The translations under genes were made by a program, and so were the position numbers. A DNA stretch of 63,978 bases, the filler included, from Asterionella formosa (lineage: Eukaryota): the NCBI GenBank assembly GCA_002256025.1. It is 21 parts of 21 records of this genome, joined end to end, with 100 filler letters (N's around TTAATTAATTAA, not from the genome) between each part and the next. Parts side by side here need not be neighbours in the genome. Positions count along the whole stretch, not along the records: positions 9,068 to 36,813 come from NKIB01001412.1; 20 more parts are not named here. One strand, given 5' to 3'. Below, piece after piece: positions 11,135 to 24,124 of this stretch. Each line of letters starts with the position of its first letter. The first letter of the stretch is position 1. Under the pieces are notes generated by a model, which was not told the DNA's origin, ran no database searches, and saw only the letters and a program-made list of their open reading frames with translations.

Positions 11135-14100
11135 TCATTCACTATCCCCATCAGAATCACTTTCACCGCTGAGACTGTACACAATGGCCTTTCGTGCTCG
11201 TCCACTACGGGCACGAGGCGCAACCTCTGGCTCAGAAAATTCCTCACTATCAGAGTCCATCTTACTGATATTCTTCTTCTTGATAGGTACTTTGCTAGTC
11301 TTTTTTGCCCTTGATGGGGCAGCTACTAGTGGCTTAGCTTGTTTCGTGATGACAGGCTTCTTCCCTGCGATCTTGTTGATGACAGGCTTTGTTACGGTAG
11401 CCACCATCTTCCTCGCAGGAGTAACGCTTGCAGGCTTAAATTCTTTAGAGTCGAACATTTCTAGTTCGTCATCCGATTCAACTTCATGGTTGCTACCACA
11501 GCTAGCGGTGCCAAAATCGGATCGACTCTTCTTAGGGGCAGGAGATACCATAAGCTTTTTCCTCATTCTGTCTGCAAGCGAGGAACTCAAGTCTTCATCT
11601 TCAGAAGAATCGGAAAAGAAATTCTCTTCTTTCTTATCCATAACCGTTGGAGCAGGCTCGCGCTGACGAACAATCGGCTTTGGCTTGGACAAAGGCTTGG
11701 CCTGAACCATAGGATTTTTCAATCCAGCGTGCAAGGGCTTCATTAACGGTGTTTTCGTTTTGGTAAGTGCCTTAAAGTCATCGCCAGAGTCTGACTCTTC
11801 CTCGCTGTTCCAACCAGTCTTTTTGTTACCCTTCTTCGCTGCGGCCTTTTTCTTAGACTGGACTGCCTTTTTACTTTTATTCTGCGCCTTGATCTCGTCT
11901 GCAGCGGCTGATGCCATTTCTGCATCGCGCTCATCAAGCGCCACTTCGATTGAGTCTAAGTCGTTCAACCATAGCTTGCTTGGAGCAGTAGCCTCCAGTT
12001 CAGCAACGGTTGCAGTCTTTTCGGCAAGCTGGGCGCGAAGCTCCTCAGCTTTTTCAAAAGTCAACGACCAAATCTTCATTCCAAGGAGATACTCATAACC
12101 CCTGGCGAGTTCCGCATCTGATTTATTATCGTCTATTTCATCTTCGTCCTGTCCAATGTCGTCCTTCGCCTTCTCCATCAAATCGAAGCCTCGTTTTTGC
12201 AGGTCGGCCAGAATGACAGCGCGTTTGCGGTTGCTCACTACCAGATCCCCAGAGCAGACTTCTTCCACGAAACGTGCTTTGTTCGACAGCATCATCTGGT
12301 CTCTGCGCAACTTTGCAAGCAGGAGTGCCTTGCGCTTACTGTAAAAATCAAGACGGAGAGAAAAGAAAGAACTGATAATATCCTCTGGCGTTTCATACTT
12401 CTCGATACGCCCTTCTTCATTAAACAGATGCATATTGGAGGTTCCCACTGATGTTGTCAACTTGAATTTCCCTAGCAAGCCATTCTTTTCCTTGGCCTCA
12501 ACGATGTCAATCATCTCGGGAGTTCCGACACTGATGGTAAACGAAACAGTCGCATCCGTATGATTCTCGTTGAAATCTTTGATTTCAAATTCAGCCTCCG
12601 GATTTTCGGCCTTGTCTGTTTTCTTTTTGTCTGTCTTCTTTTCATCCTTCTTCTCGGCACCGACCAACATTTCTTCCAGAAATTGCTTGTAATCTTGGGT
12701 CCATTTCTTGATAGGAAGCTCTGAAATGAGAAGGGTAGAATTGTTGATGCGCTCAATTTTGCCACTGACGGTATATGACCCCTGTCTCTTTCCACATTCA
12801 GGAACAATTTCACCACCATAGCCATAGTAGAATGGATGCAACTTCTCTTGTTCTTCACCTCGAATCAAACGACGAATGTTTGCAATGATGCCCCGCGGAT
12901 CATAGGTCGGAACAGTGGATGACCAACCAGTACCGATTCCATCAGATCCATTCACAAGAACCATTGGAATGACTGGCACGTAAAATTCAGGTTCAATGGA
13001 TAGCCCATCGTCGTTAAGATAGGTCAATAACTCATCGTCGTCGGGGTGGAATATGGTTCTTGTGACATTCTCAAGTTTCGTAAAAACGTAACGGGGAGAA
13101 GCAGCATCCTTTCCACCCATTCGCCTCGTACCAAACTGACCGGAAGGAGTGAGCAAATTGATATTGTTTGACCCGCAGAAGTTTTGAGCCATACCAATAA
13201 TGGCACCAGTGAGAGAAGCTTCGCCGTGATGATAAGCGGAATGTTCACTGACATATCCAGCTAGCTGAGCCACCTTGATTTCGTTCTTGAGCTTACGCTT
13301 GAAACATGCGAAAAGGATCTTTCGCTGCGATGGCTTGAAGCCATCCATGACATGTGGGATAGACCGGGCATTGTCAGCCTGAGAGAAAAGGATGAACTCT
13401 CGGTTTACAAAGTCAGAGTATTTGACACCATTGCCTTGAGCTTCTGCGTAATTTAGGTATGTGTCCTTTTTCAAGTTGTTCAACCAAACCTTTCTGTCTT
13501 CAACGCGGGCCTTAGCAAAAACCATGTCAATTAAGTCCGACCCAGATACTGCTTTTTCAGGAACTGGATGAAGGACATCAAAGTCCATGTCATCAGGATG
13601 AGCTGACACAACATTATCAGGTGTACATACATCATCAGACAACGGCTGGAAATGGATTTCGTGAAGACCAAGATTTGAAAAATATTCTTTCGCCTCAGCC
13701 GCCGTTGATGTGCCTAAACCCTTGTAGTACTTGATGGTGAACCCCTTGGCATCATTTCCCGTTGACGCCTTAAAATTTTCGTACTCAGGGAGTGTAAAGA
13801 ACGTTTGCGACCTTTTGCCTTTTGAGGCTTTGACGATGGGAGTGATGAACTGTTGAAGGAAACCAGGAATGTCCAGAAGCGAAGGCCAGAATTCTTGTAC
13901 AGCAAATTATCAAAAGTTAGAATAATACTCAGTGTCAAAGCAAAGTAGCAATTGTACAATTGAAAACTTACTGTGCAAGAAGTTGATGACAAGACCCTTG
14001 ATATGAGATCCATCATTATCCTGATCAGCCATAATCATTAAATGGCCATATCTTAGTTTCTTGATATTCGCTTCGTTGTATTCAACTCCGATTTGCAATC

Positions 14101-15910
14101 CCATAATATCCAGCAAATTCTTGATTTCTTCGTTTTTCTTCACAACTGCATCCGTTGCTTCACGAACGTTTAATGGCTTTCCTTTGAGCGGAAATACGCC
14201 ATAGTAATCTCGACCAACCACGGAAAGCCCAGACATCGCAAGGGATTTGGCAGAATCTCCCTCTGTAATGATGAGAGTGCAGTCCACAGACTTGGCGGTT
14301 CCGGCAAAGTTGGCATCGTCGAGCTTCGCAATACCAGTGAGCTTGACTGTCTTCTTACCACTGATGCGCTTCAGAGCTTGTCCTTGTTTAAATGCATTGT
14401 ATGCGATGACGGCTTCGACGATTCCGCTTTTTTCAACTGCCTTCAAGAACTTCGCGCTCAACTCGCAGTTTGACCCAAAGGCCTTCGGTTTGGTGGTCAG
14501 AAACTCCTTGGTCTGACTGTCAAAGGTTGGATTGGAAATGAGACAGTTGACAAAGACAAACATATGACTCTTTACCAAATTAGGCTTGACATCGACAGCA
14601 CCTTTATTCTTCTTTTTCTTGACAGCAGCAATGATATATTTGCTCACTTGTTCAGCAATGCAATTGGTGTGACCTCCCCCCTTGGTGGTGGAAATAGCAT
14701 TTACAAAGGAAATCTGTTGAAAGGCTCCATCTGTCGAGACTCCAACTCCAACTTCCCACTCATCACCGATCTTCTCATACGCCTGGGGTGCTTCAATTCC
14801 ATGAAAGAGATTGAGATAGTCCTTAAATGACTTGATGGGGAGTTTCTTTCCATTCAGTGAAACCATTAGTTTTTTGCCGTGTCGGTTAGCCATACTTCCG
14901 GCAATATCGTACACACGTTTGGAAAAGAGAGCGACAATGTCATCGTCGAGCTTGTCCATCTTAAACCTCACAAGATCGGGAGAAAAGGAAATCTTGGTAT
15001 AATCTCCAGCTTTCTTCTCGGCAGCTGTGCAGCTCTTCACAGTGGGTTCACCCTGATTAGTCATGTTGTTGCTAAAGACTTGTACAAACTTAAGACCGTT
15101 GCTCGAATCAACGCACTCTACAGTGAACTCAGAACTGAAAATGTTGGCAAGCTTGGCTCCGTATCCATTGCGGCCACCAGTTGTCTTTTGCTCGTTGTCA
15201 TCAAAGTTTGAACCAGTTAGAAGGTGACCAAAGATGAGAGTAGGCACGTAACACTTGTGCTCCTTGTGCTCGACAACAGGAATGCCTTTTCCATTGTTTT
15301 TAACAGAAATGATATTCTTCACCTGATCAATGGTGACGTCGAGCTTGTCCATGTTGGGATCACGTTGTTTGTTATCCGCAGCATTCACTATGATCTCGTC
15401 AAAAATCTTATAGAGACCGGGAGTATAGGAAATGAGGCGTTTTGAAATCTTCTTGTCAGAATTGGAAGCATCGTCAGGATCGTTGAGGCATCGCTGATCC
15501 AAGACATACATTTCTTCTTCTACACGCTCGGTAGATCCAACTATTGAGGAAAAAAGAGAGTGTTTAAAACGAGCGTTAGTGGCGCCAGAATGAATCTAAT
15601 CTGAACCTCGGTATGTATGGGATCTTTCGGTTCAAACCAACTTACTGTATGTATCAGGACGCAGAAGAATGTGTTCAAGCTGTGTCTTCTTTTGATAAAT
15701 CTGCTCAACAGTCTTTCCATTCGACTTTCTAGAAATGTTGGCGGCATTTTTATTCACAGACAATGCTGAAGTTTTGGCAGCAGAGATATTGGAAGCTTTC
15801 TGATTCTTGGCAGGGACATGGTTTTCTGCTTCCACATTGGAGTCGAAACCAGAGTTGTCGTCGCTGAAGGCCTCGTCGTAGTCACTCTCTAACATATCAA
15901 CGTCCGCCAT
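11135..15910 (-). CDS. TOP2: DNA topoisomerase II (eukaryotic type IIA)
   Basis: Exons 15910-15646, 15540-13972, 13893-11135; GT-AG introns of 105 and 78 nt. Splicing restores LRPDTY-IGSTE and NFLH-KFWPSLL. Motifs: GHKL (GGRNGYGAKL), TOPRIM (TEGDSA, PLKGK, DQDNDGSHIKGL), YYKGLGT, active site ASPRY, K/S/D-rich C-terminal tail. Confidence 0.98.
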
Positions 15911-16800
15911 GATGAACAACGGAAACAAATCTATCGTCTGATGAGCGCGTTCAACCAGTGTTGATAACGGTGGGGAGCAGCTACAAAAGATTTTTGGCAG
16001 AAAACATAAAAAATGTGGGCATCAGTGTGAACAACCAAGCAAAGACGGAGCATCAACCGCCAAAAATATTCGAACAGTGCTCTATATTACCCGGTATATA
16101 ACGCCAAAGAAAAGCGTCATGCATCAACGGCTCTCCTCCAATTCAATACAGTACCTACAAAATGCGGTCATTTTGCCGAATCTGAAATTTGGCGCCGGCA
16201 GGCACTCAAATTCTAATTCTCCGGTAGAAAGAAAACACAAGCCTGATTAGGATTCTTTTTACGATGACTTTCAATTGCCCATTTTATCAACGAATGAACG
16301 TTTGAAGCACAAAAGGTTGCATGTGGATGTATATATTACACTCCATGTTCTAAGTACCAGTACACCAGGTACCGGTACCAGGTAGTCTAGAATTGCTTAC
16401 TTAGGTGAACCTGACCTTGATTTTTTTGCCCGTTTTTCGTAGAATCGCGCCCCGATACTTGACTAGACAATAGTCCAATAAGTCAATTGATGTACTAGGT
16501 ATTCCTCTCTCAGAGGCTTGCTAAAAAGACTGATGTTTCTGATCAATCAAAAGAAGGTTTGCATCTACGAAATGGGAACACAAAGTGCCGGTTATCCATT
16601 TTTGATAGCTAAGTGGTGGGATTGAAACTAGGTTTTAATTGAAGTGTATTTCCTCACTACTATTCTGGATTATATACCGGTAAATGATGTACCAGTATAC
16701 CGATACTGGTACCTGTAGTCTGTATTTTCTGTTAACCAGTATCGCTAAACCAGTACATCATTTATATACTCCAGCATGCATAGTAGCTAGGGAGTAGTTA

Positions 16801-17400
16801 TTAAGGTTGTGGCCCCGCAGTTACAAATTGCGAGGTCCTTTTTCCCAAAATATTTTTATGATGTACGTCAATCCACACATCACGTACAAGTAAATAAAAA
16901 AGTTAAAGGTAAAATTAGCTTTCACCATTACGACCACTTTGCATATGCTTAGATACTGTCATTGCTCGACTTAGGGGTATGATCTATATACAGATATGGT
17001 CAGGACCCCATTTCTGGAGAGAAGTGGCAGTTATGTATCATAGATTCGTAACTACTGCAAAAATAGTCAAAAAAAGGGGCTACGAAGCTTTTTCAAAAAA
17101 TCTATGATACATAACAGCCACTACTCCCCAAAAGATAACTCCTGACGTTATAGGGTACATGGCTATCTATTTGAATTGTCATGAAACCCTGTATATGTAG
17201 AGCAATCCTCTTCCAAAAAGTCGACCCCATTGGCTTTTTCAACAGTCGCCAAAATATTGGAATCGGAAATAGGACGTGCAAAAACAGTCTCATAAGAAAT
17301 ATAGTCTTGTGTAGGTATGTTTGCTGAATAATTCTCTGCCCGAAAAGAATCCAGGGTAAGTTCCCACATCACTACACATATTCTGATTGATTGAATTGAA
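16801..17400 (-). mobile_element. 3' end remnant of a Kolobok/Mutator-like DNA transposon
   Basis: Reverse complement aligns with 26960-27416 (SDSNILATVEKANGVDFLE vs SDPNILATVEKANFVEFLD, and the shared agcatatg.aaagt...taatggtgaaagct subterminal block). Ends at TTAA|GGTTGTGGCC (16801). Confidence 0.6.
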
Positions 17401-17409
17401 TTTACTCAC

Positions 17410-20138
17410 ATCTGCAAATAAAAACCATCAAATTCCTATGATGCATCATAGGATTATGATCACCTGATCATAATTTTTCGTTATATCATCTATGTTTTGC
17501 TGAATAATTCTCTGTCCGATTTTTTTTTGTGCCACTGATCAAAACCTCCAGAAATCTCAATGAGTTGCTCCTTGTTTCTTGACTTGAATGCCAAAGTGAT
17601 CGAAACCAGTGGAAAAATAAAAAGAGAACTAGAAATGCTCTGCAAACATCAGGACAATTGTGAAAGAGAAATGAAGGTTCTTGGGAAGAGAAGTAAAGGG
17701 ATAATTGCTTCTGGTCTTTTGGGAACAAGAATGGATTGACCCAAAAAATGTTGACAAATAGGTACCTACCGGAAAAGGAAGCAATGCTTTCGGCATCATC
17801 AATCTATACACAAGCCTGCGCCACCTGACGTCAATATAGCTACCTCGACTTCATCAATGAAGAAGTTGATGGGTGGAGCATGTGAGGAAAATCGGGGTTG
17901 AGGTTTTCTTGACGCCAACGTGCTTGGCTGAACTTGCAGATGAAGGCATTGAGTAACCTGGGCCTCCTATGCAGCCAAAGGATAAAGAAAAATTCTATGT
18001 TAAGTGTGGTGAGATAGTGTCTAGGAGCAAAAGTTATCAAAGCTGAACGCATTCGAAAATTCGTATAGACAATAAATGGTGGCATACCATGGTTGCTCTT
18101 GGCTGAAAGTTGCCAAGTCAATGTAGAAACACAACAAGGGTACACAAAAGACATTCCCATTTTAATCGACTGGCTGATACATAGTTTTGAGACTCACAAT
18201 TCTGCAATGGGGTGGACTTTGATCATTGCTTTGTTCGAAGCACAATCAATTCAAATGCTGCCCAATGAAACAATATAAAAAATTGTGGCGAAAAAGCGCA
18301 GAACAGATCAAGAGATTTCATAGGAATTAAAATAACAGGGCATATATGATGCACTGCTCCTTGTGTATATTTGATCATTTCCATATTTCATATGCAGGTG
18401 CATGGATGAATTCTCCCTTTCATTAGCTATGCAGCCACAACAACCGGTAGGCCATATGAACTTTTCGAATGTATATGGTCAATGTGTCTATATTCATAAA
18501 TGTATGATTTAGACCATTTGAAAAATTGGTGATGACTCCCATTTCTTTAGGGGCTTAATTAAATCAGCCACTGACTTCTAGGTACAAGAATTGACACAAA
18601 ACAAATTGAAAAAATTCAACAGGTCATGGAAAACTGTGAACTCATCATGCATTGTATATATTTGAATTTTGTATAATCAAAATTGATGTTAGTATACACA
18701 GCAGGATGTGCCATATAATGAGCGTGTTTAAAACTATGCAAATTTTCAACTATATATACTATATTCAAACTTACAAATCTTTATTTATATGTATTCATGG
18801 CTGATACATTTGAAATCATGTTTTCATGTTCCTTGTCATGCATACACTTTGCTCCTGAAATGAAGGATCATCACACATGATGACAAGGAAAACGAAAGTG
18901 ATAATACAACACAATGATACTTGCGGCTAGAAGGAGTCGTGACTACGGAGAAGGGCGGCTGGATCAATTGATGGTAAGTCAAGAGCAAATGCCTTTCATG
19001 TTCCTTGTCATGCATACACTTCCTGAAATGAAGGATCTCAAGCAGCACATGATGCGAAAAACTGAAGTGACAATACAACACGATGATACACCATGCGGCT
19101 AAGAAGGAGTGAATATGATGGAGAAGGGCGGAATCAACAAGCTTTGCATGGTACCACGTCAAGAGCAAATGCCAGGATGATCAATTGTTGGGATTACAAA
19201 TACGGAATGACTCGTCCCATTTCAGTGATTCAATAGCTCCTTTTCGATTTGGTGGAGAACCATCAATGCAGAAAAAAGAAATCGGTAAGGGCTATCAGCC
19301 ATCTTTGGATCAATCCACAACTGTTAGAAAAGCTGACACATGTGTGTTGCTTCTTTCAGGATAATGGTAGACAAACAGTTTTTGTAAGTTACTAAAAGCA
19401 GCGTTGGAGCCCATTTATTGATCGATACTTTCTTATTCAATCTTCAACAGACACATTCTTTTACAGAAATATGCATCAGTAACTTCCTCAATTTGTGGTA
19501 AGTGAAGATAGAAGCGAAATGCATGGTGTTGTGCAAGCAAAATATGAACAGCTAACAATGAATTGCTTCTCTTTGTTAGTATGATTGGGACAACGAAACG
19601 GATCAAAAAGTAATGGGAAAATGCGTGAATGCAAACTCAGATCCATCAGGAATAAACGGAAAGCAGGGGAACAAGGGCAAGAAGGCAACCAGTACTACTA
19701 CAACAACCTTCAGAATTGAATTGGGGGGAAGGTGGAAGTGAAAGCACCAATCATTGCGATGAGAAAATTGTAGAACCTTCTGTAGCCACTCAAGATATAG
19801 AAACATAGAACCATTCTTAAATATAGTTCTAAATTTCGATCCATTTCATCCTATTTTAGACAGTGATATCGATTAGAATTACGATCATGCTAAGATAGAT
19901 GTATGACAAAAGTATACACATCATAGGACCATGTTTAACTAATTATATGATGCAATGGTATTATAACTATGATAGTATCATCCTACTTCAAGCTTGGTAA
20001 AAGTTTACTGCATGATCATAATTATATGATACATTGATCATATTTTTGATCGAAAACCTATCATATATGTAAAAATCCTGTGCCACTTAGCGTATGATAC
20101 CCTTGATCCTATTTTCATGATAGTTTTTATTTGCAGAC
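17410..20138. mobile_element. Degenerate 2.7-kb TIR DNA transposon of unassigned family (GTCTGCAAATAAAAAC termini)
   Basis: tctgcaaataaaaaccatca (17411-17430) and tgatagtttttatttgcaga (20118-20137) are 19/20 inverted. Both ends carry tatgat/atcata subterminal repeats. A similar end recurs at 59551. Confidence 0.7.
18822..19173. repeat. Tandem duplication, 2 x ~172-180 bp, diverged by indels
   Basis: Both units start tttcatgttccttgtcatgcatacactt (18822, 18994) and end gtcaagagcaaatgcc. Confidence 0.9.
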
Positions 20139-20659
20139 GCACCTGCTCCAGATCGGCTCCAGTATCCCGGTCTTGAAAAATTTCGCCAGCCGTACTTGAA
20201 CCACATGTATTAGATGTACTGTGTACCGGTATCTGGTAGGTAAAATAAGTACTATCGGTAGTTTCATCATCAATCGTCATTAACCAAGATTATGTACTAC
20301 CGGTACCAGGTACCCTGGTACACCGTTACTCTGGTATTGGTTTATATACTGGTATGTGCCTTTGGGTGTAGAGTAATATTAAATCTACAAACAGCAACTA
20401 AGATTCAATATAAACAGATAAGAAATATCATTAGTTTACATTTGGGCATACTCCTGATTTATACATGTTTTTTGCCGTGGAACAAAATTATGTCTACATT
20501 CAGCAACTTGGATATAGTATAAATGTTTAAATATCATTTTTGTTTGTTTAAAATGGAACTCTATCTATCTGGCACCGACTCCTATTTAATTCAAATATTC
20601 AAATGGACACTCAAATCATGGGAACTTATAGCAGCGAACTCCCTGTTCCATGCCGTTTT

Positions 20660-21446
20660 TACAACCCTTGCCATATGGTGCTTCGGCGGATCAGCCAGAT
20701 AACCTTACAAGAATGGCTGAATCGACTACACTCCACAACCTAAAAGTGTTTTGTAACTGAGAAATCGGCAGGTATGGAACAGAATATTTGCGAGCTCCTA
20801 CAAAGGACGACATGGAAATGCAAAAGGTTGCCTGGGACTTCTTGGTTCATTGGATGTGATACAGTGGGAATAGAAGAACTGTCCCAAGGCACACAGAGGA
20901 GCATTACAAGGGAAAGATAGAGTGGCTACTGTTGCTTTGGAAGCTGTTATTGATTGTAGACTTTGGTTCTGGCACGCATGGTTTGGAATGCCAGGTGCTA
21001 ACAATGATCTCAATATTTTGGATCGTCCTCCGTTTTTCCGGGATTTAACAGCTGGAAGACTCCTGCTGTCGACTTCACAATCAACAACAAACAAATCTAT
21101 GTTACTATTTGTTTGATGGCATCTATCGAGATTGGCACCTTTTTACAAAACAATCTCGCAACCACAAGGTGCAAAGCGTGCACAATTTTCAATTGTTCAA
21201 GAGGCCCAACGCAAGGACGTAGAGCGAGCATTTGGTGTTCTACCACAGGCAAGGTTGTGGAGGATCCTGGCACTTCCGTGCAAGCTTTGGTCAGTGGGTG
21301 CAATGAATCATGTCATCACTGCATGCATCATACTACACAACATGATTATAGAAGATGAGTGGGATAGTACAAAAGACACAAACGAATATTTATTTGATAA
21401 TTATTCAAGATGGCTTTTTGGTCAACAATGTGAATCACGAAAATAA
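20660..21446 (+). pseudogene. PIF/Harbinger DDE transposase remnant
   Basis: LAYGASAD...RMAEST, LGSLDVIQWE*KNCPKA, LEAVIDCRLWFWHAWFGMPGANNDLNILD, QEAQRKDVERAFGVL, ACIILHNMIIEDE; contains stops and frameshifts. Confidence 0.9.
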
Positions 21447-21452
21447 GCATGC

Positions 21453-21800
21453 TTACTTCAAGCCATCAAGCTTCAATTTTGAATGGTCCCAAACATAACC
21501 GCAACCACCCTTCCACTTCATGGCTTCCTTTAAAATACGCCAATACACATCGAAAATAAACTCTTTGCGTAGCCTTTTCCCTTTTCCTTCCAATTTAAAT
21601 AGCTTCATAGCTTCTTCAATGTATTTATCCTCTGTCCATCCCGATTTTGGAACACTTCTTGTCACCTGTGCAAAGAGGCCGCAGAACTTTGTGATGTCTT
21701 GATTTATTGTTCCCCATTGAGCCGGGTATGCTATTGATGTTCGCTCTTTGCCATCAGGGATGAGAACTACATATATCTCAAACACCCGGCCCAAAAACTT
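21453..21800 (-). pseudogene. Harbinger accessory (Myb/SANT plus NAM-associated-type) ORF remnant, convergent with the transposase
   Basis: QWGTINQDITKFCG...KSGWTEDKYIEEAMKLF...FIFDVYWRILKEAMKW pattern. Confidence 0.75.
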
Positions 21801-22777
21801 AATTGCCTTCTGACTAGCTAGGCAAAGTGATTGAATCTTCACTGGCTGCAACCCAGGACCAAGCAAGCACCTTGTCCTCTTCCTTCTCCCACATGGTATC
21901 ACCTGAAGAACCCATACTGAAAAACTTGACGATGTTGAATAAATTATGCATATATTTATGAATCGACAGCGAACATACACACTGATGGTTGTATTAGTCT
22001 ACATGAAGATTGTACTGAAAATGTATTGCAACTATGTATGCACTCATTAAACCATAAATGTTAGGTTGCCAGTGTGAGCAACAATCTATACCAATAGAAA
22101 TGCTTCTTTTATTTGGCTATGGTCTGAGTATAATCGACCAAATACCTGATATTTGGTCGATAAGGGGGTCATCCTCGACTAAGACCAAAGCATATTTGGT
22201 CTTGTAGATGCAGTGGCTAAAATATTTTTGCTTTTTCGACCAACACAAGAATGCATCATGACATGTAATGACTCCCAACTGCTGGTGGAGAGGCTCTAAC
22301 ACCACTACTGGCTGGTACTTCAAATGATCCCAACTATTATCGGTACTTTTAATCTTGAAAAAAGGAGAGGTGTTTATTTCACTTTGGCCAGGAAAGTCCA
22401 ATTTTGGAGACTTCAGGAAATTGCATGCATTTCCTGAAATTTACTAATGTCGTTTCCTGAAATTTCCTTGCGTTTCCTGATTGTCATAGTCATTTGCTGT
22501 GTGTTATCTCGTTTTTGCCACTAGAAGAACAACGCTATTTCTTTCGCTGAATCGTGCTATAAATAGAAGACGTTCCTTATATATATAACATTTAATATGT
22601 CCCTGTCCGGCGACACGTTGTCCGTTTCAGGAAAATGATCGCAACTTGCAGGTATCATGTATTTGGCTGTCAAGCGAGGATGTCGACTATAACGCCTGTA
22701 TAATTAACTCTTATATGTGATACATTGTATACATTGTCGTTTTTTAACCTCATCATCACCTCCTACAGTGTTCCAAG

Positions 22778-23554
22778 ATGTTGTTCCAAACGTATCCAAT
22801 TACTTTATACTTTACTCTAATACTCATGATGACTCGAGTTTCCGCATCGATCATTAAGAATCTTTGGATCGTCCGACATGGTCAAGCCATGCACAATCCT
22901 CGCGCTGAAGCCGCCAAAGAGCGCGGATGCAGTCATGATGAATTCCTCAATTGGATGAAACAAGATGATGTCCTTGATGCTGATTTGACAGAGTTAGGAA
23001 AAGAGCAGGCTATCAATGTGGGAATGAAGAAGAACTGGGGAATCTTGGACTTAATTGTGGCAAGTCCTTTGTCTCGAGCCATTCGAACAGCGGATTTACT
23101 CACTCCATCGACATTATTTGAACCGACAAAACGAATAGCTGTGGAACACTTCCGGGAAATTAATGGGTGGCTATTGAATGCCAAGAGACGCAACGTTGAG
23201 GAACTGCAAGAAATTTTTCCCAAGTGGGATTTTGGAGAATTGACACCAAGAGATGACCTTTGGTCAGACGTCTTGGAAGCAGAAGATTCTTGTAGCGAAC
23301 GAGGTTATCAGGGACTTTGTTGGATCATGAAACGACAAGAAGAAAATGTGCTATTGGTAGCTCATGGTGGAATTCTTCGGTATATGATGCAGACGCATCC
23401 TTTGGTTAAGATGGTAGACAGGAGAACCAATGGCAAGTCACGATCCTTGGATGCTCGCTTCGACAATTGCGAGGCTCGGCACTACCAAATCACCTGGGAA
23501 CAACAAGAGGATAACAGCAAGCCAAAAATTTCTCTTCATGAAATTGATCCATAG
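22778..23554 (+). CDS. Histidine phosphatase superfamily (phosphoglycerate mutase-like) protein
   Basis: VRHGQAMHN, DADLTELGKEQA, VASPLSRAIRTA, LLVAHGG, FDNCE. Hydrophobic N-terminus, possibly a signal peptide. Confidence 0.92.
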   Translation: MLFQTYPITLYFTLILMMTRVSASIIKNLWIVRHGQAMHNPRAEAAKERGCSHDEFLNWMKQDDVLDADLTELGKEQAINVGMKKNWGILDLIVASPLSRAIRTADLLTPSTLFEPTKRIAVEHFREINGWLLNAKRRNVEELQEIFPKWDFGELTPRDDLWSDVLEAEDSCSERGYQGLCWIMKRQEENVLLVAHGGILRYMMQTHPLVKMVDRRTNGKSRSLDARFDNCEARHYQITWEQQEDNSKPKISLHEIDP

Positions 23555-24124
23555 AGAGCTCCAAAAATGAATAGCCATGTATAAAATTAGATCACTCGGA
23601 TGCTATTTTTACGGGACACTGCAAAAGAGGAGTAGTAGTTTCCACATGACAGTAGTTATCAACGCAGAAAGTGGTATTAAGTCATTTGAATATGCTGGCA
23701 TCTTTCCAACATCTGCTACTATTCTTGACATTTATTTGATCTTTGGTTACCTCCATACAAGGCATTCAGTACCTGATACCCTTTCCCCAATCAGGGCTAA
23801 CCATGTCACTTCCATGTCTGTGTGCGACTATTCTTGATAGAATCCACACAAATTGACATCGGCAATGAAACCTTCCCTGGATCTCATACCTGATGTTTTC
23901 TAGTATGACACCAAGCACCATGTAGGAAACCCTCAATGTTATTGGTCACCCACTTAAGTCACAATATGCAAATTATTCCAATGTCACCATCACCACATGG
24001 TCCAAACTATCTAAATCATGCCCTGCCCTATTCGCATCATTCAAGTCCTTCCACAGGCCTTTAAACCCCTTGCAAAGGCTTTTAAACATGATCCCTGTTA
24101 TCTCCAATGACTATCTCATTATGC

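Noticed and set aside
11109..15445. Plus-strand ORFs overlapping TOP2 (similar antisense ORFs over TMEM94, HECT and gag)
   Set aside because: Antisense shadows of well-supported genes, with no motifs of their own.
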